Part shown: piece by piece, positions 1 to 13,785 of the stretch
Layout of the letters: every line of letters begins with the position of its first letter
Numbering within the stretch: the first letter of the stretch is position 1
Origin: Octopus sinensis
Lineage: Eukaryota
Reading direction: 5' to 3'
Assembly (NCBI RefSeq): GCF_006345805.1
Contig: NC_043021.1
Span: 4,278,001 to 4,342,000, forward strand
DNA: 64,000 nucleotides
Notes under the pieces: generated by a model
What the model was told of the DNA's origin: nothing
The model's input: only the letters and a program-made list of their open reading frames with translations
Databases searched by the model: none
Made by a program: the position numbers and the translations under genes

Positions 1-226
1 ATTTGAACTCAGAACGCAGCGGTGGACGAAATACCACAAAGCAATTTCAGGGAGGAGGTTTGTCAATAACATCAACCCCAGTGCTCAACTAGTACTTATT
101 TCACTGACACTGAAAGGATGAAAGGCAAATGTCAACATTGGTGGAATTTGAACTGAAAATGTGAAGAAGCAGAAAAATACCACTAAGCATCCTGCCTAAC
201 ATGCTAACATTTCTGCCAGCTCAATA

Positions 227-257
<31 letters not shown>

Positions 258-583
258 AATTTCAAATTTTGGCACAGGGACAGCAATTCTGAGGAGAGGG
301 GTGGGGTAAAACAATAACAGCAGCATTGGTAGATATGAAGAAGACTACAAATAAAACTTAACTTTAAGACAGCCAAAGAAACAAATATAAAAAACATCAT
401 CACTGTAAACAACAACAACACCAACAGCATCAATAAAATTAAACACAAATCATAAATGAAAAAATTTTACTTTTTTGTTTTTTTTTTTGCTAAATATGTG
501 AATGAAAGACGAAGCAGAAAACGAAGAAAGAGTTTTTAAAAAAGATAGTGAAATCAAATAAAAAGAAGGAGAAAGATATTTAC

Positions 584-664
584 TTGGGTGTCCTGTTCAG
601 GACAGACACATCGTGAACCAAGACTAGATTTCTTGCGCTTATCCTTTTTGTATTTTTTCCACAT
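584..664 (-). CDS. Putative alternative first coding exon (or internal exon) on the gene strand
   Basis: ATG at 664, 27 open codons MWKKYKKDKRKKSSLGSRCVCPEQDTQ, then CAA|gtaaat donor in phase 0. Non-repetitive sequence; no homology recognised. Confidence 0.45.
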
Positions 665-921
665 TTCTGACTCACTGACACAGCGTGACAAACAGATTTA
701 AATGTTTTACTTTCTTCACCTGGTTTATTACGGGGCTTTTTTGCTTTTGTTTGCCTTTTGTTTGGGTTTTTCTTTTTCTTTTTTTTTTTCTTGTTGGGGA
801 AGGGGATTCTTCTTGTTATTTATAGTAATTTGGTATTGAAAGTGGGGGCATTTTACCTTTTTTTTTTCCTTTCACATCTGGGATGTTATTTTTTAGGAAG
901 GGATTTCATTTGAAATGAATG

Positions 922-983
<62 letters not shown>

Positions 984-1058
984 CATGCACTTACACTTGC
1001 AATGAGGGTATGTGTGTTTATATACACTTATGTATGTATGTATATATATGTGTGTGTT

Positions 1059-1089
<31 letters not shown>

Positions 1090-1564
1090 CTAAACGCACA
1101 CACACACACACACACACACAACTGCACAATTATAATGAAAAGTGTGTGCGTGTGTCTGTGTGTATGTGTATATATATATGTATGTGTGTATGTATAGTGA
1201 GAAGTATACGCAAAGCGATGAGATGATAGTAAAAGAAGCAAAACTAGAAAGATGATAGAGAGAAGAAAAAAGCTAAAAGCAAAACAAATAAGTGGAAATA
1301 TAACAACAAAATAAAAGAGTTATGAGTATGTGTTTTTGCGTGTATGCATATCTATTATGTGTGTGTAGTGTGTGTATGTTTTAATTATCTTGCCTAATTA
1401 GGCAACCCCCCCCGAAAAAAAAAAATTGGCTCCCCCCCATGGGGAGAACAACACGATGAAATGTTGAATGTATTGTAGAATTGGTGTATCCTTCCAGAAA
1501 ACAGTCCGTTTAGAAAGCAGCCGAGAAACTAACCTGTATTGCAACAGGAGTGTGGTTATTGAAG

Positions 1565-1602
<38 letters not shown>

Positions 1603-1741
1603 TCTGTGTGTGCTGTCTCACATACACGTACAGACACACATGCACACACACACACATAGAAACCTCACACGTGCACGCATACAGACAGACACCAGAGATT
1701 AACAGTATATACACAGGCACTGACAAACACGCACAAACCCA

Positions 1742-2156
1742 TACTCTTTACTCTTTTACTTGTTTCAGTCATTTGACTGCGGCCATGCTGGAGCACCGCC
1801 TTTAATCGAGCAACTCGACCCCCGGGACTTATTCTTTTTGTAAGCTCAGTACTTATTCTATCAGTCTCTTTTGCCGAACTGCTAAGTAACGGGGGACATA
1901 AACACACCAGCATCGGTTGTCAAGCAATGCTAGGGGGACAAACACAGACACACAAACACATACACACACATATATATATATATACATATATACGACAGGC
2001 TTCTTTCAGTTTCCGTCTACCAAATCCACTCACAAGGCATTGGTCAGCCCGGGGCTATAGCAGAAGACACTTACCCAAGATGCCACGCAGTGGGACTGAA
2101 CCCGGAACCATGTGGTTGGTTAGCAAGCTACTTACCACACAGCCAATCCTGCGCCT
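1742..2156 (-). mobile_element. SINE family A (tRNA head + CORE-like domain + internal microsatellite + LINE-derived tail), full length
   Basis: A-box tggctgtgtggta, B-box ggttcagtccc, CORE-like ttgggtaagtgtctt, tail ccagcatggccgcagtcaaatgactgaaacaagtaaaagag. Many near-identical copies in window. Confidence 0.9.
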
Positions 2157-2164
2157 ACGTGCAG

Positions 2165-2885
2165 ACATATAACAATAACCCTTTCTACTATAAGCACAAA
2201 GCCAGAAATTCTGTGGGAGGGAGCCAGTTGATTAGATCAACCCCAGTATGCAGCTGGTACTTAATTTATCGACCCCAAAAGGATGAAAGGCAAAATCGAC
2301 TTCGGCAGAATTTGAACTCAGAATGTAGCAGCAGATGAAATACCGCTAAGCATTTCACCCAGTGTGCTAACGATTCTGCCAGCTCGTCACCTTAGAGGCA
2401 TAATAATAATGATAATAATAATAATAATAATAATAATATAATAATAATAATTATAATTATAATAATGATCCTTTCTACTATAGGCACAAGGCCTGAATTA
2501 CATCAACTCCAGTGTTTCACTGGTGCTTAATATATCGACCCCGAAAGGATGAAAGGCAAAGTCAGCCTTGGCAGAATTTGAACTCAGAATATAGTGACAG
2601 GCAAAATACTGCTAAGCGTTTCATCCCAAGTGTCATCAATTCTGCCAGCTCACCATGATAATAATAATAATGATAATAATAATAATAATAACAATGGTTT
2701 TAAATTTTGCCACAAGGTCAGCAACTTTGGGACAGGGGATGAGTTGATTACATTGACCCCAGTTTTCAACTGGTACTTATTTTATTGACCCCTAAATGAT
2801 GAAAGGTAAAGTTGACCTCGGTAGAATTTGAACTCAGAACATAGTGATGGGCGAAATACCACTAAGCCTTTTGTCCAGCGCACTA
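2165..2885 (-). mobile_element. Three tandem SINE family C copies separated by (TAA)n
   Basis: Each has gaccccgaaaggatgaaaggcaaagtcgac and gaatttgaactcagaa. The domain may correspond to a Meta-SINE-type core (not verified). Confidence 0.8.
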
Positions 2886-3298
2886 ATAATAATGATGATA
2901 ATAACAATAATAATAATAATAATAATACATGTATACAGAAATAAAGATGTCTTTTTTGTTTTGTCTTTTTTTCAATGGGAACTCTATTAAAAATTTTTAT
3001 CTATTATCCAACTTCTTGGTAAAATATAATCCTAACTGAAGTTAAGGATTTTCCAACAGGGACACAGCGAAACATTCAGGGCATCATTCATTACCAGCGT
3101 GCATGGCTTTGTGGTCAAGGAGCTTATTCAGCAACCATGTGGTTCTGGCTTTAGTACCATGGTGCAGCACTTCAAGTGCTTTCTGTCATGGTCTTAGGTT
3201 CACTAATACTTTGTGAGTGAAATTCCAAAGTGAAAGACAGAGACTGTGCAGAAGCATATGTGTGTGTGTGTGTGTGTGTGTGTGTACATGTATGCATC

Positions 3299-3990
3299 AT
3301 CATCATCATCTAATGTCCATTGTCCGTACTAGCATGGGTTGGACAGTGTGACCAGACTTGGTAAGCTGGGGGGCACCAGACTCCAGTCTGATTTGGTATG
3401 GATTCTACAGCTGGATGTCCTTCCTAACGCCAACCCCTTTACAGTGTGCTGGATGCTTTTACATCGTACCACATGGACACTTTAATGTGGCACCACCCAT
3501 GTGCTTTTATATGGCACTGAACAGGTGCTTTTATAAGGTACTTCACAGGCACTTTTATGTAGCACCACATGGGTGCCACACAGGTGCTTTTACATGGTAC
3601 TGCACAGGCACTTTTATGTAGCACCACATGGATGCCACACACGTGTTTTTACATTGTACTGCACAGGTGCTTTTATGTAGCACCACATGGGTGCCACACA
3701 CGTGTTTTTACATTGTACTGCACAGGTGCTTTTATGTAGCACCACATGGATGCCACACACGTGTTTTTACATTGTACTGCACAGGTGCTTTTATGTAGCA
3801 CCACATGGGTGCCACACACGTGCTTCTACATTGTACTGCACAGGTGCTTTTATGTAGCACCACATGGGTGCCACACACGTGCTTCTACATTGTACTGCAC
3901 AGGTGCTTTTATGTAGCACCACATGGGTGCCACACAGGTGCTTTTACATGGTACTGCACAGGCGCTTTTATGTAGCGCCACATAATTGCT
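3299..3990 (-). mobile_element. SINE family B ((GAT)n tail) with expanded 59-bp tandem array
   Basis: catcatcatc tail and ctggatgtccttcctaacgccaac domain; gtagcacc recurs every 59 bp from 3559 to 3972. Confidence 0.85.
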
Positions 3991-6386
3991 GCACAGGTGT
4001 TTTTACATGACACCACAACAATGTGCATTATTATTAAAGTAAAAATAAAGTGGAGAGCAAGCAGAATCCTCAGCACACAAGGCAAAATGCTTATGAGTAT
4101 TTCATCCAAGTTTATTTTTCTGGGTTCGTATTCCACTGAAGTCGGCTTTGCCTTTCATCCTTTTGGGGTTGACAAAATAAGTACCAGTTGAAGACTGAGG
4201 TCAATGCAATCAACTTAGCACCTCCCCTGAAATAGTTAGCCTTGTGCCAAATTTTGCTATCAGCATTTCATCCATATTTATGTTTGGAGTTCAAGTTGTG
4301 CTGAGGTCGACCTTGCTTTTCATCTTTTCAGCGTTGATGAAATAAGTATCAGTCAAGTACTGAGGTCGATGTAATTGATTTCCCCCTGCCTTCAAAAACT
4401 ACTGGCCCCATTGCCAAAATTTGAAATAAGGCAATGAGAAGCTAGAATTGTTGGTGTGCAAGACGAAATACTTAGCAGCATTTCTTCCAGCTTATGTAAA
4501 TGCTGCAAGCATAGTTGCAGGGTTAAGACAACATGGTCTTAGATGTGATCCTACTGAGCAAGAATTTTCTGTTATAGGTGCTGGTATGGCTATATGAGTA
4601 ATAAGCTTGCTTCCCAACCATGTGGTCTTGGGTTCAGTCCCACTGTGCAGCACCTTGAGCAAGAATCTTCTAGAGTAGATGTGGGCCAACCAATGCCTTG
4701 TGAGTGGATTTGGATTTGGTAAATGGAAACTGAAAAAGCCCTACATGTGTGCGTGCGTGTATTGTATGTGTTTGTGCATGTGTTGTATGCATGTGTGTGC
4801 ATGTGTTTTGCATGTGCAGTGTGTGTGAGTGTGTGCACATTTGGCCATGGTCACCTGATGACTGTTTTTGGTTTGTTTATGTCTCCATATTTTAGCAGTT
4901 CGGCAAGAGAGATCAACAGAATAGGCACCAGACTTTCAAAGTAAGTACTAGGGTTGAAGTGGCTAAACCCTTCATGGCAATGCCCCAGCATGACCACAGC
5001 ACAACGACTGAAACAAGTAAAAGAAAATAAAAGATGAAAGACGGCCTCAAGTTGACCAAAACCTTGTGAGTGATATTTGGCAGATTAAAAGCTCTGCAGA
5101 AACCTGTTGCATATCTTTGGTTTGATGTACATCATTGGAAGATGTGCACATCAAAAGTTTAAACTGGTGCATTCAAACAAATGCATATTTCATGCAATAT
5201 TTCTCTACCAAAGCTGCAAAGATGCCCTCTCGTCACTAACGTCATTGAAACTGCTACAAACCAGAGAATGGTCCATTGTAAGCTGATAATCGCAAATGAC
5301 ATATTGATATATTGTTCTCAAAATGCAAGACATGTGGTAAAAAAGAAATTTTAAGATATATACACCAGGGAATTCTACCGGGCAGAAAACACAGAAAAAA
5401 AAAACCTGTTCATTTTATGCTTTTGAAAATGGCAAATTTACATATTTTAGAACAAAAAAGTTCACCATCCTGCCAACACACTTACACACAGTGATGTGTC
5501 AAGAACGTTTTTCCAAAGATAAAAGAATTTCCTATCAGCACTAAGACTAAAATCAGGCAGCTGGCAGTTCCCAGACATTAATCATTAGTCAACAGCAAAA
5601 TCATTTGGAAATAACCATTTGTTTCATTACTTTGACAGATTCACTTTAACAAACAAGCTTTGCAATTAGAATAATTATAGCCACATAATATTAGCTGTTA
5701 GCAGTAGCAGCAGCAGTAGTAGTAGTAGTAGAGGAGGAGGAGGAGGAAGGCAGTGAATTTTAAAGAATCAGTGGAGTACTGGGTAAAAAAAGGGTTAATG
5801 CTCTGAGTTCAAATCCTATTGCGATAAACATTGCCATGTCGTTCTTTCACGGTCGATGAAAATAAAGTACCAGTCATATACTGGGGCCAATATAATTAAC
5901 TGACTGTTCTTCCCACCACCACAAATTTATGGCCTTCTTTCAAATATAAGTAGTAGTAGTGGTGATGGTGGTGGTTAGGGTTAGGGTGATAGTAGTAGTA
6001 GTGGTGGTGGTAGTGATAGTGGTGGAGGTAGTGGTGGTGGTAGTAGTAGTAGTAGTGGTAGCAACAACAGCGGTGGTGGTGGTGGTGGTGGTGGTGGTAG
6101 TAAGGCAATGGACTGGAAGAATCAGTGAAGTGCCAAGGGAGAATAAAAAGCCTTATGGTATTTCTGTTCCGAGTTCAAATCTTGCCAAGATCAACTTCGT
6201 CTTTCATCCTTCAATGGTTGATAAAATAGAGTACCAGTCATACACTGGGGTCAATATGACTAACTGTATCTCATACCACCACCACCACCACCACTACCAC
6301 CACAAATTTCTGGCTTTGTGCCTTTCTAAGAAATTATCGTAACCAGTAGCAGCAACAGTCGTATTAATAGTAACAGCAGCAGCAAC

Positions 6387-6436
<50 letters not shown>

Positions 6437-6761
6437 CAGCAGCAGTAGTAGTAGTAGCAGCAGCAGCAGCTGCAGCAATTTCATAATTCATTGAATAATT
6501 GGAGAAGATCTGAAGACTCTTCAGAAAGTGATTCACAGTAGCATTATCTAAAATGTTTCCATTACGTTTTTCTGGGCCATTTCAGGATATTGCAAATTTC
6601 AAAAAGAAAAGAAGTCATTTGCATATGCACAGATACTCACTCCTATCAGTAGGATATTATATACTAAAAAGATGAGACATTTATTTGTGCTGGCCAAGTT
6701 GTTTAATGAGAAGAACCACGTACCAATATTTCGGTTTTCTTTATGTTCAAGAGCCATAAAT

Positions 6762-7117
6762 CTTTTACTCTTTTACTTATTTCAGTCATTTGACTGCGGC
6801 CATGCTGGAGCACCGCCTTTAGTCAAGCAAATCGACCCCGGGACCTATTCTTTGTAAGCCCAGTACTTATTCTATCAGTCTCTTTTGCCGAACCGCTAAG
6901 TGACGGGGACGTAAACACACCACCATCGGTTGTCAAGCAATGATAGGGAGACAAACACAGACACACAAACACACATACACATACATATATATACATATAC
7001 GACAGGCTTCTTTCAGTTTCTGTCTACCAAATCCACTCACAAGGTATTGGTCGGCCCGGGGCTATAGCAGAAGACACTTGCCCAAGATGATGCCACGCAG
7101 TGGGACTGAACCCGGAA
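6762..7117 (-). mobile_element. SINE family A, 5'-truncated
   Basis: Near-identical to 1742-2156. Confidence 0.9.
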
Positions 7118-7319
7118 ATTTTTTTTATACTTTTGCTTTTAAAATTATAAATATGGAAATGTAACCACTACATAGTAGTTTTACTCATCCCAATTTAGTC
7201 ATTCTTATATCCATTTTTCCGTACTAGTAGAAGACACTTACCCACACAGTGAATTGAACTCAAAACCTTGTGGTTGGGAAGTAACTTCTTAATCACATAA
7301 CCATGCCTCTGCACATTTG

Positions 7320-7430
7320 TATGAGGTGGCATCAAAAAATTCCTGCACTAGTTCTGTAGCATGCCAACAGATGGCAGCATATGATTGCGTGCACAGTGAG
7401 AGCTAGCAGTGACTTTCAAGAGGCACCGTG
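7320..7430 (+). mobile_element. Mariner-like left end fragment
   Basis: tatgaggtggcatcaaaaaattcc...ccaacagatggcagca; homologous to 60250-60362 in opposite orientation. Confidence 0.6.
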
Positions 7431-7670
7431 CCAGGCAATTAACAAGGAAAAAGGAATTTTACTTTTATTACTGAAAGGTGCCAGTTTTGAAAACTGTGCT
7501 CAGGAGGAGCTCCCCTATTAGCTACGTCACTGAGTAACTTTCATATATTTCAGGCACAAAGGCACATCATCAGAAGTAAACAGATTAGAGAAATGTAAAT
7601 TTACATAGATCTTGCCATGTTGATTGCTGGGTTGGCAAAAGAGTCTGACAGAATAAGTACCAGGCTTTAA

Positions 7671-7892
7671 CCCTTTCGTTACCAACCCGGCTGAAACCAG
7701 CTCTGGCTCTGTAGTACAAATGTCTTGTTTTCATAAGTTTTGCATTAAAATCTTCCACCAAAACGTTAGTCGCAATTTATGTTCCTAATACTAGCTTAAT
7801 GATAACCAAGTTATTTTACTAAATTCTTTGTTATATTTAAAATAATTGAAAGAAACACAGAGCAGCTCAAAATAAATACAGTAACGAAAGGG
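7671..7892. mobile_element. piggyBac-like MITE (222 bp)
   Basis: TTAA on both sides; TIR ccctttcgttac / gtaacgaaaggg; inserted in a diverged family A SINE. Confidence 0.9.
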
Positions 7893-8189
7893 TTAAAACC
7901 AAAAAATGTACAGGGGTCGGTTCATTCAACTAAAATTTCTTCAAGGTGATGCTCCGGTATGGTCACAGTCTAATGACTGAAACAAGTTAAACATAAAGAT
8001 AAAAATGCTGGAATACCTCTGATCATAGGCCTATTAGAACCCAGGGTTAAACATCAACCACTACCAACGTCTATGAATTTCAGCCAATGCATTGTTACTG
8101 GAAAGTGGACGTTAAACGATGATGATGATGATGAAATGTACATTTACAGCAAAAATAGTTATAAGATAGAGAACATAGGTACTATCTCC

Positions 8190-8238
<49 letters not shown>

Positions 8239-8280
8239 TATGTATGTATGTATGTATATATATATATATACATATATATA

Positions 8281-8649
8281 TACTCTTTTATTCGTTTCAG
8301 TCATTTGACTGCGGCCATGCTGGAGCACCGCCTTTAGTCGAGCAAATCGACCCTGGGACTTATTCTTTGTAAGCCCAGTACTTATTCTATCGGTCACTTT
8401 TGCCAAACCGCTAAGTGACGGGGACGTAAACACACCAGCATCGGCTGTCAAGCAATGCTAGGGGAACAAACACAGACACACATACATATATATATATATA
8501 TACATATATACGACGGGCTTCTTTCAGTTTCCGTCTACCAAATCCACTCACAAGGCATTGGTCGGCCCAGGGCTATAGCAGAAGACACTTGCCCAAGATG
8601 CCACGCAGTGGGACTGAACCCAGAACCATGTGGTTGGTTAGCAAGCTAC
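8281..8649 (-). mobile_element. SINE family A, fused head-to-head with a family B fragment (8650-8810)
   Basis: Near-identical to 1742-2156. Confidence 0.9.
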
Positions 8650-9442
8650 TACACTCTCGGAGTGGTTGGCGTTAGCATCCAGCTGTAGAAACTCTGCCAA
8701 ATCAAAATTGGAGCCTGGTGCAGCCATCTGGTTCGCCAGTCCTCAGTCAAATTGTCCAACCCATGCTAGCATGGAAAGGAGACGTTAAACGATGATGATG
8801 ATGATGATGATATATAATCTGATAAGATTCATTCGTTAATATGCCTTTATCTATCAGAATTCTTTCATTTAATAGTTGGTGGGATTTTTAGTAGCAAGTT
8901 ATCTATTGTATAAATATTGTAACAATAGTAATTGCTTGTAATAAGAGAAATATAGACAAAAATTGCATAGCTCTATCTTAGATGGTTTTACAGTTCTTAT
9001 TTAATGAAACCAAAGATGAGTTCTTTACTTTCTTATATTCAAGATGTCTACCTCATATTAAACAGCTGCATATAGAATACACACACACACACACGTCTAT
9101 CATTTTTGTTGTTACATCCTTTTGCATGCAAGCATTGGTTAAATTAATATATTACTGTGGCATTGTTTAACAGCTGGGTGCTTTCCCTGTCAATAACTCC
9201 AACTTGGTTTTCAGGTAAGAGATCTCTTATTTCTTATTTCACACATCTTTGAAGGTGTGAAACCAGTGGGTGATTTGCTGATATGATGAATGTTTTGACA
9301 AACCACAGTATTGAGATCTTCCCCCAACCACACAGTATTCTTAGAAGAGTGGGCTTTTATCGAACTTACAAAAAAAGGTCTCCAAGTGGAACCCATAAAA
9401 TCCTAATTACACATATACTAAACAATGCCAATGAAATGATCC

Positions 9443-10276
9443 ACAAGGGTGGGCTGTAAAGTTCATAGGCTAACAATGAAGGAGTGAGACTAGAGTTGTG
9501 AAATCTTGTATGCATTAATTTTAATTCTTCTTAGAAAAAAAAAAAAGCACTCAATACATGCAGTAAAGTGCTTGACATTAAAAAGGACATCCAGCTAGGG
9601 AATGAATGCCAAAGCAGACACTGGACCATAATGTGGTTCTTTCACACATCTCTGAAGATGTGAAGCCAGTGAATGATTTGTCGACAGGAGAAATGATAAC
9701 AACATCACCACTTGTAGCTCATGATTTTTGGGAAAAGTGTAAATATAAAAAATAGATACACATGCACACAAACACATGTGTGTTTGTGTGTGTGTGCCTA
9801 TCTGTCTGTGTAAACCTGACCTCCACAGCAGAGATGTTAATACTGCTCCCCCTGCTGAAGAGGATTGACATGCAAGAGCCCTGTGCTGATGCCACATAAA
9901 AAAACTAATAGAAACGGCTTTGTTTCTTTCCAGGTAAACTGACATCTGACTGCTCAAAGAAGACTTCGAAAGTAACTAGTAGCGACTTATCTTAAAACTG
10001 GGCAAAATTTGACATCGTGGTGCTACCAAGTACTTGGAGAAAAAGGGTTTAGCCCCATCCCCCAAGGACATTCAACTTGTATTGCAATGATGATGATGAT
10101 GTCATATCTGCTGTTGATGACTTTTTTTGACCAACAGGATGAGATCCAAGCACTGCAACATGAATGGAAGAAGTGTGTGAACCAGAAGGGAGACTATGCT
10201 GAAAAATAAACCTTATTTGGTCACATTCTATGAGAGTACTTTGGTCAGCTCATGAAATTTTCAACCAAGATTCATA
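9443..10276 (+). mobile_element. Mariner relic with both ends and transposase C-terminus
   Basis: Left end gggtgggctgtaaagttcataggctaac, right end tcagctcatgaaattttcaacc; FFDQQDEIQALQHEWKKCVNQKGDYAEK* matches mariner GI..L..RW.KC....GDY.EK. Confidence 0.75.
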
Positions 10277-11379
10277 GTGACATGTTTCAAGGCAGGTTCT
10301 TATTTTTTAAGGTTTGTTCGACTTTCTCATTTTTGGTTCAAGTTGAAAATTAAATTTCAGCACAAATTGTCAGCATTATCAGCATTTCTCTCAGTATTTA
10401 TGTCAACTAATGCACAAAATAGATTCCTAAACAGAAGAAAATCAACGAAAATATTTTCGCAGATTTCTCTTTCATGTTAACTGGTTTGATTTTGTGGTAA
10501 TGATAGGTAGCGGTGGTGGTGGTGATGGTGTGATTACAGAAGCAATGATTGCGTGGAGCTGGTGATGGTGGCGGCAAAAGTGATAATGATAATAGGTGGT
10601 GATGATGATGATAGTGATATTGGAAGACGAAGTAATGATAGCTCTTCTTCTTATTATTATTGTTCTTGACTGCGGCAGTAGTCATGATGGTGGTTGTCAT
10701 CGTGATGAGGAAACTGGTTTATATAATGATGACGGTGATGACGAACTTATTGAAGCTGGTGATAACGACAATGATGAAAACAAGGACAGTCGTGACAAGA
10801 GTGGTGGTGGTGGTGGTGGTAGCAGTGACGGCAGTTTTAACGGTAAACAAAGTTTCTTTTTAACAATAATAATAATAATAATAAAGTATATAAAATATAT
10901 TTTTAAAAAACCCCAAAACTAAAAAAAAAAAAAAAACGGACAACAAAAAAAGAAGAGAAACAATAAATATAATGAACAAGATCAAAGCATCTACGAGCAA
11001 ATCGAGGAAAATTTATTGAATTAAATTATTGGTGTTATTACCGTAAAATGCGAAAACTTGACTCTTCTAAAGTGGCATTATCCTGGATTATTACCCACAC
11101 CCTCCACCCCCACCCCACCTCAAAGCGATGCTAACCTGGATAGATTATGAGGAAGAAAAGATCTCGTTTTTTTCAGATAAACACAGAAACATATCTAACT
11201 TAATTCCTCGTCTGCCTGCCTGTCCGTCCGTCTGTCCATCCCAGTGGTTGATTCAGTTCGGACGCATAAAGTCTGGTAAACGGAGACGTGTGGAAATGAA
11301 TGGGAACTATATATGTGCATGCGTACGTGGGTGCATATATGTGAGCGTGTTCGTGTGTGAATGTATATATTACACACAC

Positions 11380-11449
11380 ACCCATACACAAACACATATA
11401 TCTACATACACACACACACACACACACATATGCATAGATTTATACACAA

Positions 11450-11502
<53 letters not shown>

Positions 11503-11621
11503 AATATATATATATGTATATATATATACGTACATACAACCCAAGCCAGCATGGAAAACAGACGTTAAATGACGATATACATATATGTATATACACACAC
11601 ACGTGTGTGTGTGTATGTATG

Positions 11622-11659
<38 letters not shown>

Positions 11660-11665
11660 TATATA

Positions 11666-11699
<34 letters not shown>

Positions 11700-11727
11700 C
11701 ACACGTGTATATATATACATATATATA

Positions 11728-11815
<88 letters not shown>
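11380..11815. repeat. Compound (TA)n/(CA)n/(TG)n microsatellite with a family B SINE tail fragment
   Basis: Visible directly. Confidence 0.95.
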
Positions 11816-11820
<5 letters not shown>

Positions 11821-12172
11821 GGGAAGCAATTTTGTTTGCCATCTATCGAGGCTGCAGTGCATATGTGTGACCATATACACTTTTTCCTGAGCATAGGGCT
11901 GTATGATTTTCACTTTATTTCTATTGCTGTTGGAAAATGGCCAAGTTATTGAGAAAAAGATCAAATGTAATTTCTCTTTCATATATATATATATATATTA
12001 TGATATCTAATATTATTTAATTAATAATAATAAAAAGAAAAAAAAATAACATTGGAAGAATTATTTTCTTTACACACTATGATGTCATCCTGAACAATGA
12101 ACGGCGAAACAAATAAATACATGGACAAATGAAATACACACATGTACATGCGTGTGTGTGAGCGTGCATGTA

Positions 12173-12562
12173 TACTCTTTTACTTGTTTCAGTCATTTGA
12201 CTGCGGCCATGCTGGAGCAAATCGACCCCGGGACTTATTCTTTTTGTAAGCCCAGCACTTATTCTATTGGTCTCTTTTTGCCGAACTGCTAAGTAACGGG
12301 GACGTAAACACACCAGCATCGGTTGTCAGGCAATGCTAGGGGGACAAACACAGACACACAAACACACACACACATACATATATATATATACATATATACG
12401 ACAGACTTCTTTCAGTTTCCGTCTACCAAATCCACTCACAAGGCATTGGTCGGCCCGGGGCTATAGCAGAAGACACTTGCCCAAGATGCCACACAGTGGG
12501 ACTGAACCCGGAACCATGTGGTTGGTTAGCAAGCTACTTACCAGACAGCCACTCCTGCGCCT
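12173..12562 (-). mobile_element. SINE family A
   Basis: Near-identical to 1742-2156, small internal deletion. Confidence 0.9.
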
Positions 12563-13393
12563 ATGTATCATCATCATCATTTAATGTCCACTTTTCCATG
12601 CTTGCATGGGTCAGACAGATTTTGTCAAGGCAGATTTTCTACAGTTGGATGCTTTTCCTGTTGCCAACCATCACCTGTTTCCATGTAATGTAATATTCCC
12701 CATGACCAGATATGTTTTCACACATATTAACTTATTAGATGGTATCTATGAAGATTGATCATTGGCATTTACTGGTATTTAATTCTTTTCTACTAGAGGC
12801 ATAAGGCCCGCAATTTTGGGGGAGGAAGCCAGTCGAATAGATCGACCCTAGTACATAACTGGTACTTAATTTATCAACCCTGAAAGGATGAAAGGCAAAG
12901 TCAACCTTGGCAGAATTTGAACTTAGAACATAAAGACAGACGAAATACCACTAAGCATTTCACCCAACGTGCTAATTTTTTGTGCCTGATGCGAAAGAAC
13001 ATGCTAACTATATATTAATTAAACTATAATCTAAACAGTTAATTATAAGTTGTGAAAGATACCAGTACTGTTATATATAAGCTAAGTATGAATTTCTAAG
13101 GGTATAAAAATTAGGCTTTTTCATAAAGGCTATTAAAAAATAATAAAATGATCAGGTGAGGTAGAACACCATAGAAAAGGAATAAAATAAATGTCAACTC
13201 CCTCAGCCCCTTTCCTAACTGACACTGCTCCCTGTTCCTTGGCCTTAGATTTTGATATACAAAAATTTGATAAACAAGAAACTTGCCAGGAAAAGGAGCA
13301 AAATATAAGGCGAGACCATTAGTAAATGGACAAGGGGTGGATGGATACATACGTGCGTGCGTGCGTGCGTACGTACGTACGCACATACATACA

Positions 13394-13558
13394 TACAAGG
13401 TAGGGGCTGAAAATTTCCTGCCTTTGGTTAAAAGAAAATACAGGAGGATAATTTAATTGTGATTTTATTCAATACATTCCCCTCCCAGCTTCACGCACTT
13501 ATTGCAGCAGTCCTTTCATGATACCCTTGAAGCAATGTAATTTTCAGCACCCCTCATA
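13394..13558. mobile_element. Mariner-derived MITE (~165 bp)
   Basis: Imperfect TIRs tacaaggtaggggctgaaaa / ttttcagcacccctcata with TA ends. Confidence 0.7.
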
Positions 13559-13599
13559 TGTGTGTCAGTGTATGCATGTGTGTGTGTGTATGTATATAT

Positions 13600-13644
<45 letters not shown>

Positions 13645-13704
13645 TATATATATGAGAAAATGAAATGACAAAGGAAAAACAATGGTTATGTTATGAACTT
13701 CTTT

Positions 13705-13785
13705 AGCTTACAGATGTTTCTGCTATAAGATGCAGTGAACCGATAGTTGAGTGCCTGAGTAACACCTTATAGCTTCATCAGAACC
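13705..13785 (-). ncRNA. Putative type I hammerhead ribozyme (Penelope-like), extended stem II
   Basis: GGTT-CTGATGA-A-GCTATAAGGTG-(30 nt)-CATCTTATAGC-A-GAAA-C-ATCT-GTA-AGCT: intact core, 11-bp stem II, 2-bp stem III, GUA cleavage triplet, 4-bp stem I. Confidence 0.65.

Noticed and set aside
3559-3990. CRISPR-like regular palindromic repeats (also 55500-55835)
   Set aside because: Units are contiguous without unique spacers, derive from a SINE, lie in a eukaryotic intron, and no cas genes are present.
10596-10922. 108-aa Asp/Gly-rich ORF
   Set aside because: Degenerate GAT/GGT trinucleotide repeat.
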